Of a stretch of 64,000 nt of DNA, positions 39,163-49,143 are shown piece after piece. Every line of letters starts with the position of its first letter. Within the stretch, counting starts at the first letter, position 1. A program made the position numbers and the translations under genes. Below the pieces are notes generated by a model. That model had not been told where the DNA came from. It was given only the letters and a program-made list of their open reading frames with translations, and searched no databases. The stretch is from Candidatus Binatia bacterium (GTDB lineage: Bacteria > Desulfobacterota > Binatia > HRBIN30 > CADEER01): assembly GCA_050176585.1 (NCBI GenBank), contig JBFXHX010000018.1, positions 20,156 to 84,155 on the forward strand, given 5' to 3'.

Positions 39163-39561
39163 GTGTCCATACTGCTGCGAGTCGCCGCGATCTACTTCCT
39201 CGTCTGGGCGATCTGTCTGGCCGTGCCCAATGTGCTCCCCCCGGGGGTGGCGCCCGAGGGGGCGGCCGGCCGTTCGCTCGCGCTGAACCTCGCCGCCGCC
39301 AACGTGGGCTACGCGCTCCTGCTCTGGCGTGCGGCGCGCAACCCGGTCGAGTCGACGATCATCATCTACGCGGCGTTGGTGCTCTTTGGTCTGCGCGCCG
39401 CGATCGGCACCTACCAGGTGCTCTACTCGGAGAGCGCCACCACCCTGCAGCTGATCGACTTGGGCCTCTGCCTCCCGGCGTTCGTCGGCATCCTCAACCT
39501 GCTGCCGCGCGCGCTCGGTCAGAAAACCTCCACCGCCGGCAGCGCCGACCGCGCGCGCTGA
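39163..39561 (+). CDS. Hypothetical integral membrane protein
   Basis: Four hydrophobic segments. The start is uncertain: GTG at 39163 or the track start at 39115. Confidence 0.5.
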   Translation: MSILLRVAAIYFLVWAICLAVPNVLPPGVAPEGAAGRSLALNLAAANVGYALLLWRAARNPVESTIIIYAALVLFGLRAAIGTYQVLYSESATTLQLIDLGLCLPAFVGILNLLPRALGQKTSTAGSADRAR

Positions 39562-39622
39562 GCGGGGCCGACCCGGCGACTGCTCGTGAGACGGCCGCGC
39601 GGAGCGCGCGGCCCAGCGCCGG

Positions 39623-39988
39623 TCAGGTCGCGAACGAGGAGCCGCACCCGCAGGTGCGGCTCGCGTTCGGGTTGAGAAACTTGAACCCCGCCCCGTGCAG
39701 GCCGGTGACATAGTCGAGCGTCATGCCTTCGAGATGCGGCAGGCTGGCGGCGTCGACGAATATGCGGACGCCTTGCTGCTCGATTACGGCATCGCTCTCG
39801 CCGGCCCGCGATTCGAATGACAGGTTGTATTGGAAGCCCGAGCAACCGCCACCGACCACGCCAATCCGCAATCCGCAGCCCTCCGCCCCCTCCCTCGTCA
39901 TCGCGGCTTTGATCATCTCCGCCGCCTTGTCGGTGAGGGTGACAAGAGGCCCGGTCGCGCCCTCTGCAAGGGCCGTCTCGACTGCCAT
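39623..39988 (-). CDS. erpA: HesB/IscA/ErpA-family iron-sulfur cluster insertion protein
   Basis: GAGGAG SD before ATG 39988. GGGCSGFQY and a C-terminal CGCGSSF. Confidence 0.85.
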   Translation of the reverse strand: MAVETALAEGATGPLVTLTDKAAEMIKAAMTREGAEGCGLRIGVVGGGCSGFQYNLSFESRAGESDAVIEQQGVRIFVDAASLPHLEGMTLDYVTGLHGAGFKFLNPNASRTCGCGSSFAT

Positions 39989-40097
39989 CGGTTCGCTCCT
40001 CAGCCACTCAGAAGTGAAGATTCTTTCGCCACCTGCGTCACTACCCACCGCTAACGGTGGGCTGGGATGCAGTCAAGGGTGTTGGCGGCGCACAAAC

Positions 40098-40127
40098 TTG
40101 AATTCGCGCGGGGCTTTTGCCTATAGA
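40098..40127 (+). promoter_or_regulatory. Promoter candidate TTGAAT-N18-TATAGA upstream of gspC
   Basis: Read directly. It sits in the 156-nt divergent gap between erpA and gspC, and a GGAGA SD follows. Confidence 0.3.
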
Positions 40128-40144
40128 TGCGCGGCCTTGGAGAA

Positions 40145-41020
40145 ATGTCGTTCTCGCCACGATACCTGGTGGTAGTCAACCTGCTGTTGCTTGCCCTGGC
40201 GGCCTATTCGGCTTCATCAATCGTGGGAAATGCGCTGGCGGCGAAGTTCATTCCGCCGCCCGCCGTCGCGCTGAGCGCCCCACCGCCACCGATCGAACTA
40301 GAACCGGTCAAGGCCCAGGCCCATTACGACGTGATTCACAAGCGGGACATCTTCAACTCCGTCAAACCGGCAGCCGCTCCCGCGGCGGCCGCGCCCGCCG
40401 TGGCCACGCAACTGAAGCTCAAGCTCTGGGGGACCGCGGTCTTCGGCAACGGCGGCTCGTACAGCATCATCGAGGACCTCGGCGCCAGAAAACAGGGCGT
40501 TTACGGCGTCAACTCATCGGTGCCGGGCGGAGCGACGGTCAAGTCCATCGAATGGGAACGCGTGGTTTTGCTGCACAACGGCAAGGATGAGATCCTCAAC
40601 CTGGAAAAGCAGTCCACCGTCCTCGGTGCGGCGCGATCGGCGACCGGCGCGGCAGCGCCGGCCCCAGCGGCTCCCGCGGGCGGCATTCAGCAGACGTCGG
40701 AGAACGAGTTCTCGGTGTCGCGTGCCGAGGTCGACAGTGCGCTGGAGAACATGAGCCAGCTCTTTACCCAAGTGCGCGCGGTGCCTCACTTCGAAGGCGG
40801 CCAATCGGTCGGCTTTCGCCTCTTTGCCATTCGTCGCGGTAGCCTTTTCGACCGCATCGGACTCAAGAACGGCGACATTATCCGCAGCATCAACGGCAGC
40901 GAGATGAACGATCCGAGCCGTGCGGTGACGCTGTTGCAGGAGCTGCGGGATGCTCAAAACCTCGAAGTTGAAATCACCCGGAATCAGCAGCCACAGAAGC
41001 TCAGTTACTCGATTCAGTGA
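40145..41020 (+). CDS. gspC: Type II secretion system protein C (GspC) with a C-terminal PDZ domain
   Basis: N-terminal TM, an Ala/Pro linker, an HR-like segment, and a PDZ-like GLKNGDIIRSINGSEMNDP. It is the first gene of the cluster. Confidence 0.75.
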   Translation: MSFSPRYLVVVNLLLLALAAYSASSIVGNALAAKFIPPPAVALSAPPPPIELEPVKAQAHYDVIHKRDIFNSVKPAAAPAAAAPAVATQLKLKLWGTAVFGNGGSYSIIEDLGARKQGVYGVNSSVPGGATVKSIEWERVVLLHNGKDEILNLEKQSTVLGAARSATGAAAPAPAAPAGGIQQTSENEFSVSRAEVDSALENMSQLFTQVRAVPHFEGGQSVGFRLFAIRRGSLFDRIGLKNGDIIRSINGSEMNDPSRAVTLLQELRDAQNLEVEITRNQQPQKLSYSIQ

Positions 41021-41041
41021 GCTCGGGCGGTGCGAGGAACT

Positions 41042-43921
41042 ATGCAGCGGCTGCGCTCGGGCCTGATGCTGTTTGGCCTGGCCGTGGCGATATTCGCATC
41101 GTCAGCGGCGGCGCAACCACCGCCCGCGGGCGCGCCCGTACCGGACGTACCCGCGCCCGCGCCGCGCCAGGCGGTCGCACCGGCATCGCCGGATGAGAAA
41201 CTGATCACGATGAACTTCCAGGACATCGATCTCGATGCCCTGGTGAAGTTCATCAGCGAGATCACCGGCCGCAACTTCATCCTGGACGACCGCGTTAAGG
41301 GCAAGGTGACGATCATCTCGCCCGGGAAGATTTCGGTCGACGAGGCCTATGCGGTTTTCAACTCGGTGCTGCAGGTGAAGGGCTTCACCACCGTCCCCAG
41401 CGGCGCGGTGATCAAGATCCTCCCCGCGCAGGAAGCCAAGAGCTCTACCGTGCAGACGGTGCTGCCGGGCGCGCCCGCGCGCGCAGCCGGCGACGAGTTC
41501 ATCACCAAGCTGATCCCGCTCGACAACGTCGACGTGAACAACATGCTGGGCATTGTCCAGCCGCTGGTGTCTCCGAACGGCCTCTTGGCCGCGTATACGG
41601 CCACCAATACGATGATCATCATCGACAGCGCGTCGAACATCGACCGCATCTCGCGCATTCTTCGCGAGCTCGACGTCGACGTGCGCGATCGGGGCGTGGA
41701 GGTCGTGCGGTTGAACTACGCCTTCGCCGGCGAGCTGGCGGCGACGCTCGCCCAAGTCCTCGAGGATCCCGCGAACGCCGCACCGACTGGTCCCGTGGCG
41801 GCCGCGCCCCGCGCTCCCGCGGCTGGCGGAGCAGCCGCGCGGCGCGCCGCGGGCGCTGCGGCGGCGGCAGCCGCCCAGCCGATATCCGGCGGGACCGGCG
41901 CGGCATCCTACAAGATCATTCCGGACGAGCGCACGAACGCGCTCATCATCGTGGCCGCGCCGCTGGAGATGCGGAAGATCAAGGATCTGATCGTCCGGTT
42001 GGACGTACCGCTGCCGTTCGGAACCGGCCGGATCCACGTCTATTACCTCAAACACGCCAACGCCTTCGAGATCGTCCCCGTGCTGTCCGACTTGATTGGC
42101 GGCGGCGGTCCGGCCGGCCTGGGCGCGGGTCTGTTCGGTCGCGGGCTCGCCGGCCGCACCAGCTTTCGCGGCGGCCGGCTCGGTGAGCGCGGCGGCGTCG
42201 GCGGTATCGCGGGTGATCTGGGCGGTTTCGGCGGCAGCGGGTTTGGCGGCGGGTTCCGCGGTCAAAGCGGCGGCGGCTTCGGCGGCGCGAGCGGCTCCCT
42301 GCGCGGTTCTCGCGGCGGTTTCGGCGGGGGCGGTTTCGGCGGGGGTGCGTTCGGCGGTCCCGGAGCGCAGGGCGGCGTGGCGTCGGTGGCCGGCGGCGGG
42401 GGCGGCGAGTTCGAAGGTGAGGTCCGCATCACCGCCGATCCCTCGACCAACGCGTTAATCATCAACGCCTCGCCGCAGGACTACGAAACGCTCAAGCAAG
42501 TGATCGTGCAGCTCGACGTGCGCCGCCGGCAGGTCTACGTCGAGGCGATCGTCATGGAAGTGCGCCTCGAGACGCAGCGCGCGCTCGGCATCGAGCTGCA
42601 AGGGGCGACCGGCGTCAACAACGGCGTGCTGTTCGGGCGCGTCAACTTCGGCAACCTCAACGCGCTCAACAATCCCGCCGCCCTTGCCACGTTGCCCGGG
42701 TTGATTGCGGCCGCGGCGAGCAATCAGACGATTCGGCTGCCCGATGGCACCGTCGTGCCCGCCCAAGTGGCGTTGATCACGGCGTCGGAGGGCAACACCG
42801 ACGTCAACATCCTCTCGGCGCCGAACATCGTCACCACTGACAACCAAGAAGCGGAAATCGTGGTCGGTCAGAACGTGCCGTTCATCGCCTCCACATCGAC
42901 GAGCGAGACCAACCTCGGCAACGTCTTCAACACCATCGAGCGGCGCGACGTCGGTATCACGCTGCGTCTGACGCCGCAGATTTCCGAGGGCGGCATGGTC
43001 CGCCTCGACATTTTCGAAGAGGTATCGGCACTGGTGCCGAACGCGCTCATCAACGCCTCGCAGCTCGGTCCGGTGACCACGATCCGCTCGGCGACCACCT
43101 CCGTGGTGGTGCGCGACAAGCAGACGGTAGTGATCGGCGGCTTGATCTCCGACGGCACGGATAACCGCGAGAACAGCGTGCCCTTTCTCAGCGACATCCC
43201 GGTGATCGGCAACTTGATGCGTACCACCTCGGGCCGGCGCGAAAAGATCAACCTGCTCATCTTCCTGACGCCGCACATCATTCGCGACGCCGCCGAGCAC
43301 CGCGATCGCTCGCTCCAGAACCGCGACCAGATGAAGTCGTTCATGGAGGAGCAGGGGATTCGCTACCGCAAGCGCAAGGTGCTCGACCATCCGTCATGGA
43401 CGCCGGAGATTCCGCCGGCAGGTGAAGAGGGCGCCACGACCGACGATCGCTCGAAGGGAGCGACTATCTATCAGCCGCCGCCGCTGCCGCCCGCACCGCC
43501 GGCGACGTCCAGCGCCGCGCCGCTCGGCGCGGCCGAGCTCTCCTCGCCGCCGCAGGCGGAGTACACGCACCTGGAGCCCGCCGTCCCGCCGCCGCCCGCG
43601 CGCTATGTGCTGTTGGCCTCGTTCGCGGAGATGGGCACCCCGCCGCCGGGCCTGCAGAGCACCAGCGGTTTGGTCGCGGTGGAGCTGCAACCGGACTCGC
43701 GCCTCGCGGAGCTCTTTAAGCCCGGGCACCAGTACCGGTTCGTCAGTGACAAGTTCGAGGGCTATTACCGCGTGCTCGAAGCGTACCCCAGCGCCTACGA
43801 AGCCCTGCTGGTGTACCCCGAGGGCATGCCGGTCGATCCGGCGAAAGGCGATTTCCTGCATTGGCGATCACTGGACGACGCGACTTCCGCTGACGCTACG
43901 GCGTGGTTTGCGCTACAGTAG
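41042..43921 (+). CDS. gspD: Type II secretion system secretin GspD (with a Gly-rich insert and a long C-terminal extension)
   Basis: Signal peptide and N0-N3 domains (…MNFQDIDLDALVKFISEITGRNFILD…). Secretin core: …ILSAPNIVTTDNQEAEIVVGQNVPF…VPFLSDIPVIGNLM…LLIFLTPHII. Confidence 0.9.
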   Translation: MQRLRSGLMLFGLAVAIFASSAAAQPPPAGAPVPDVPAPAPRQAVAPASPDEKLITMNFQDIDLDALVKFISEITGRNFILDDRVKGKVTIISPGKISVDEAYAVFNSVLQVKGFTTVPSGAVIKILPAQEAKSSTVQTVLPGAPARAAGDEFITKLIPLDNVDVNNMLGIVQPLVSPNGLLAAYTATNTMIIIDSASNIDRISRILRELDVDVRDRGVEVVRLNYAFAGELAATLAQVLEDPANAAPTGPVAAAPRAPAAGGAAARRAAGAAAAAAAQPISGGTGAASYKIIPDERTNALIIVAAPLEMRKIKDLIVRLDVPLPFGTGRIHVYYLKHANAFEIVPVLSDLIGGGGPAGLGAGLFGRGLAGRTSFRGGRLGERGGVGGIAGDLGGFGGSGFGGGFRGQSGGGFGGASGSLRGSRGGFGGGGFGGGAFGGPGAQGGVASVAGGGGGEFEGEVRITADPSTNALIINASPQDYETLKQVIVQLDVRRRQVYVEAIVMEVRLETQRALGIELQGATGVNNGVLFGRVNFGNLNALNNPAALATLPGLIAAAASNQTIRLPDGTVVPAQVALITASEGNTDVNILSAPNIVTTDNQEAEIVVGQNVPFIASTSTSETNLGNVFNTIERRDVGITLRLTPQISEGGMVRLDIFEEVSALVPNALINASQLGPVTTIRSATTSVVVRDKQTVVIGGLISDGTDNRENSVPFLSDIPVIGNLMRTTSGRREKINLLIFLTPHIIRDAAEHRDRSLQNRDQMKSFMEEQGIRYRKRKVLDHPSWTPEIPPAGEEGATTDDRSKGATIYQPPPLPPAPPATSSAAPLGAAELSSPPQAEYTHLEPAVPPPPARYVLLASFAEMGTPPPGLQSTSGLVAVELQPDSRLAELFKPGHQYRFVSDKFEGYYRVLEAYPSAYEALLVYPEGMPVDPAKGDFLHWRSLDDATSADATAWFALQ
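42098..42406 (+). repeat. Glycine-rich low-complexity insert inside gspD (103 aa, 53 Gly, 9 Phe, 8 Arg by my count)
   Basis: Translation: GGGGPAGLGAGLFGRGLAG…GGFGGSGFGGGFRGQSGGGFGG…GGFGGGGFGGGAFGG…GGGGG. It sits between the N-domains and the secretin core. Confidence 0.9.
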
Positions 43922-43927
43922 GACAGC

Positions 43928-45637
<1,710 letters not shown>

Positions 45638-45697
45638 TGCGACCCGTGCGCCCGGCCTGAATCTCGCGGGCGGACGGGCGTCGGAAGCACAGGCGGC

Positions 45698-46945
45698 ATG
45701 CCGGTCTACGCATACAAAGGCCTCAACGAGAAAGGGCGCAGTGTCGGTGGGATCGTCGACGCCGACACGCCGAAGAACGCGCGGCTGAAGCTGCGCAAGG
45801 TCGGCGTCTATCCCACCGAGCTCAACGAGACCCGCGACCAGCTGCCCACTGCAGGTGCCAGCCAGGGCCGTCTCTCCGGGCTGGGCATCGACCTCTCCGC
45901 GCTGTTCGAGCGCATCACGCCCCAGGACCTCGCGCTCATCACGCGCCAGCTCGCGACCCTCGTAGGCGCCGGCCTGCCGTTGGTCGATTGCCTGGGGGCG
46001 CTGATCGATCAGGTGGACAACGCGCGCCAGAAACGGGTCCTATCGCAGGTGCGCGCACGCGTCGTGGAAGGCGGCACGCTCGCCGACGCGCTGAAGCAGC
46101 ACCCCGCGGTGTTCAACGAGCTCTACGTGAACATGGTGCGCGCCGGCGAGGCGAGCGGTGCGCTGGACATCGTCCTCATCCGGCTCGCCGACTACACCGA
46201 ACGCGCCGCGGCCCTGCGTTCCAAGGTGCGCTCCGCGCTCACCTATCCGGTGTTCATGGGTATCGTCAGCATGGGCATCCTCTTCTTCCTGCTGTCGTAT
46301 GTCGTGCCCAAGATGACGCGCATCTTCGAGGAGACCCACGCGGAGCTGCCGGCCGTCACGGTCGTGCTGCTCACGATCAGCGACTTCCTGCAGTCCTATT
46401 GGTGGGCCATCCTCGCCGTGGTCGGCGCCGCGATCATGGCCGTGCGCGTGTCCTCGCGCACGCCGACCGGTCGCCTGCGGCTCGACCGCTTCACGCTGCG
46501 CATTCCCTATTTCGGCAAGGTTCTGAAGAAGGTCGCCCTCGCGCGCTTCGCGCGCACGTTGTCGACGCTGCTGTTGGGCGGCATTCCGCTCCTGCAAGCG
46601 CTCGACATCGTCAAGCACGTGGTCAGCAACATGGTGCTGAGTAACGCGATCGAAGACGGCCGCAACAGCATCCGCGAGGGGCACAGCGTCGCCGATCCGC
46701 TGAAGCGGAGCGGATTGTTCCCGCCGCTGCTCGTGCACATGATCGCGGTCGGCGAGAAGAGCGGCGAGCTCGAGGGCATGCTCGCCCGTGCCGCGGATGC
46801 CTACGACAACGAGGTCGAGGCGGCCGTGTCGGCCCTGAGCAGCATCATGGAGCCGGTACTGGTCATTTTCATGGGCGGCGTCGTGCTGTTCATCGTGATG
46901 GCCATCCTCTTGCCGATCTTCCAGCTGAACCAGCTGGTCAAATGA
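45698..46945 (+). CDS. gspF: Type II secretion inner-membrane platform protein GspF
   Basis: Duplicated GspF/PilC domains (…LATLVGAGLPLVDCL… and …LSTLLLGGIPLLQAL…) and three TM segments. Confidence 0.95.
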   Translation: MPVYAYKGLNEKGRSVGGIVDADTPKNARLKLRKVGVYPTELNETRDQLPTAGASQGRLSGLGIDLSALFERITPQDLALITRQLATLVGAGLPLVDCLGALIDQVDNARQKRVLSQVRARVVEGGTLADALKQHPAVFNELYVNMVRAGEASGALDIVLIRLADYTERAAALRSKVRSALTYPVFMGIVSMGILFFLLSYVVPKMTRIFEETHAELPAVTVVLLTISDFLQSYWWAILAVVGAAIMAVRVSSRTPTGRLRLDRFTLRIPYFGKVLKKVALARFARTLSTLLLGGIPLLQALDIVKHVVSNMVLSNAIEDGRNSIREGHSVADPLKRSGLFPPLLVHMIAVGEKSGELEGMLARAADAYDNEVEAAVSALSSIMEPVLVIFMGGVVLFIVMAILLPIFQLNQLVK

Positions 46946-46980
46946 GCTGCGCACCCTCTCTGTCGTTCCGGAGGAAGTCC

Positions 46981-47400
46981 ATGCGTCGTGTCGCGTCCAA
47001 TGCGGGGTTCACCCTCATCGAAATCATGGTCGTCGTGTTCATCCTCGGCCTGCTCGTGGCGCTCGTCGCCCCGAAGATCATCGGCCGCACGGATGACGCG
47101 CGCGTCACCAAGGCCAAGGCCGACGTCAAAGCCGTCGAAGCCGCGCTGAACCTGTTCAAGCTCGACAACGGCTTCTATCCGTCGTCAGGCGAGGGGTTGA
47201 ATGCGCTCGTCCAGGCGCCGCCCCGGGCGCGCAAGTTCAATCCGGACGGCTATCTCGCCAAGGTGCCGGTGGATCCCTGGGGCAACGAGTACCTGTACCA
47301 GAGCGACGGCCGCCAGATCCTGGTGCTCTCGCTCGGCGCGGACGGTGTGGAGGGCGGCGACGGCTACAATGCCGACATCAGCAACCACAGCATCGATTGA
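46981..47400 (+). CDS. gspG: Type II secretion major pseudopilin GspG
   Basis: GGAGGA SD. Prepilin leader MRRVASNAG|FTLIEIMVVV. GspG core: …DPWGNEYLY…LGADG. Confidence 0.95.
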   Translation: MRRVASNAGFTLIEIMVVVFILGLLVALVAPKIIGRTDDARVTKAKADVKAVEAALNLFKLDNGFYPSSGEGLNALVQAPPRARKFNPDGYLAKVPVDPWGNEYLYQSDGRQILVLSLGADGVEGGDGYNADISNHSID

Positions 47401-47926
47401 GCAGGGACCGCGCCGCGATGCCGCCGGTTTCACGCTCATCGAGCTCGGCCTGGTGCTGCTCATCATCAGCGTGGTGCTGGCGCTCACCATCCCGCGCTTT
47501 CGCGACCAGTCGCATGCCGAGCTGATCTCCCAGACCCGCAAGCTGGCGGCCACCGTCCGCTTCCTGCAGCACGAGGCGATTCTCGACGGGCGCGTTTACC
47601 GGCTCACCTTCGACCTCGACCAGCAACGCTACTTCGTCAGCTCCGCTGACGTGGGCGGGCAGAACGCCAGAGGCGCCACCGGGATCCTGGCCCGCGATGT
47701 GACGTTGCCCTCCACGGTGCAGATCGCCGACATCGACGTTCCAGAGCTCGGCGGCAAAGCGTACGAGGGCGTGGGCTTCGTGCACTTCTATCCCGACGGA
47801 TACGTCGATCCGATCGTCGTGCACCTCGACAACGGACACGAAGTCTACACGCTGTACGTGCCCGACGGCTTGACTGGCCGCGCCTATGTGGCATCCGGCT
47901 ATCTCGATCTCGGACCGCGCGGCTGA
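47369..47926 (+). CDS. gspH: Type II secretion minor pseudopilin GspH
   Basis: G|FTLIELGLVLL prepilin motif. The only in-frame canonical start upstream of it is ATG 47369, which overlaps gspG by 32 nt. Confidence 0.75.
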   Translation: MPTSATTASIEQGPRRDAAGFTLIELGLVLLIISVVLALTIPRFRDQSHAELISQTRKLAATVRFLQHEAILDGRVYRLTFDLDQQRYFVSSADVGGQNARGATGILARDVTLPSTVQIADIDVPELGGKAYEGVGFVHFYPDGYVDPIVVHLDNGHEVYTLYVPDGLTGRAYVASGYLDLGPRG

Positions 47927-48305
47927 GCCGCGCTGCGCGGCGCGCGGCTTCACCTTGATCGAGGTGATGGTCGCGCTCACCGTCGTCGCCTTCGGCTTCG
48001 TCGCGCTGCTCGGGCTGCACAATCACAACCTCGCGCTCGTCGCGCGGGACCAGGACCTCACCCGTGCAACGCTGCTCGCCCGCCAGCTCATCTCCGAGAT
48101 GGAGGTCGTCGAGGGCTGGCCGGACACGGGCACCACGCGCGGCGAGTTCGGGAACGCGCCCGGGTTCGTCTGGGAGCGCGACGTGGAGGACACCGTCCTG
48201 CCCACCGTGCGGCGGGTAGTGCTGCGGGTAATCTGGGACGAACGCCTGCCGAATGCCTGCGAGCTCGTGTACTTCATCCGGGACCGCCGTGAACCCGAAC
48301 TCTGA
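47886..48305 (+). CDS. gspI: Type II secretion minor pseudopilin GspI
   Basis: G|FTLIEVMVAL motif. Size and position are typical of GspI. It overlaps gspH by 41 nt. Confidence 0.8.
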   Translation: MWHPAISISDRAAEPRCAARGFTLIEVMVALTVVAFGFVALLGLHNHNLALVARDQDLTRATLLARQLISEMEVVEGWPDTGTTRGEFGNAPGFVWERDVEDTVLPTVRRVVLRVIWDERLPNACELVYFIRDRREPEL

Positions 48306-49143
48306 GCACCGCGCGGGCGGCTTCACGCTCCTCGAGCTGTTGCTGGCGATCGTCATCCTCGGTCTCCTGCTCACGACAGTCTACGGCACGCTGTCGCGCA
48401 CCGAGTGGTCGAAGCGCATCGCCGAAGAGCGCGCCGAGCTGTTCTCCAGCGGCCGCCAGGCGGTGCTGAAGATGGCGGGCGACATCGAAGCGGCGCTCCC
48501 GCCGCCGGCCGGGGATCGCATCTACTTCCGGGGCACGCCCGACGGCGTCCCCGAGATTCATCTGATCAACATGAATCGGGGCGGGTACGGTGTGAATCGA
48601 GTACGGCCCGGCCGGTCGCTCGTCGTGTACAGCCTCGATCCGCTCCCGCGCCGGCGCGGACAGCACGCGCTGCGCCGCGAGGAATACTTGTACGCGAAGA
48701 TGCTGGCCGAAGCGGATGGCGTCGAGAGCGCGCCCACTGAGGAGGAGGAAGAGGCCGAGGTGCAAGCGCCCACCGAGCAGGCCACCTATCTGCTCGACTG
48801 TCCGGATCTGCCCAATGACCTCAACCTGCCCGGCGCGTGCCTCCCGGTGACGGCGCTCGCGTTTCGCTACTTCGACGAAACGGTCGGCGACTGGCGCGAC
48901 GAGTGGGACACCACCGTCGAGCCCACGCTCGGGCGGCTGCCGGCGGCAGTCGAGATCAGCCTCGTCATCGCCGACGAGGATGGCGGCGAGCACGACTTCA
49001 ACACCATCGTCGACCTGCCGCTGTCGCGCGGACAACCCACGCCGCGGCCCGGTCAGGCACAGACGGTCGGCGGCGGAGACGGCGGCGACCCACAGGCCGG
49101 CGCCGGCGAGGGCGGCGGGCAGCAGTCGCAGGGGCGTCGATGA
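48289..49143 (+). CDS. gspJ: Type II secretion minor pseudopilin GspJ
   Basis: GG|FTLLELLLAIVIL motif. Start at GTG 48289 or ATG 48253. Acidic insert EEEEEAE and a Gly-rich tail. Confidence 0.8.
   Translation: MNPNSEHRAGGFTLLELLLAIVILGLLLTTVYGTLSRTEWSKRIAEERAELFSSGRQAVLKMAGDIEAALPPPAGDRIYFRGTPDGVPEIHLINMNRGGYGVNRVRPGRSLVVYSLDPLPRRRGQHALRREEYLYAKMLAEADGVESAPTEEEEEAEVQAPTEQATYLLDCPDLPNDLNLPGACLPVTALAFRYFDETVGDWRDEWDTTVEPTLGRLPAAVEISLVIADEDGGEHDFNTIVDLPLSRGQPTPRPGQAQTVGGGDGGDPQAGAGEGGGQQSQGRR

Noticed and set aside
42098-42406. Repetitive GGC/GGT-rich DNA considered as a possible CRISPR or tandem DNA repeat
   Set aside because: There is no regular repeat-spacer periodicity. The tract is in frame inside gspD and translates to a Gly-rich low-complexity segment.
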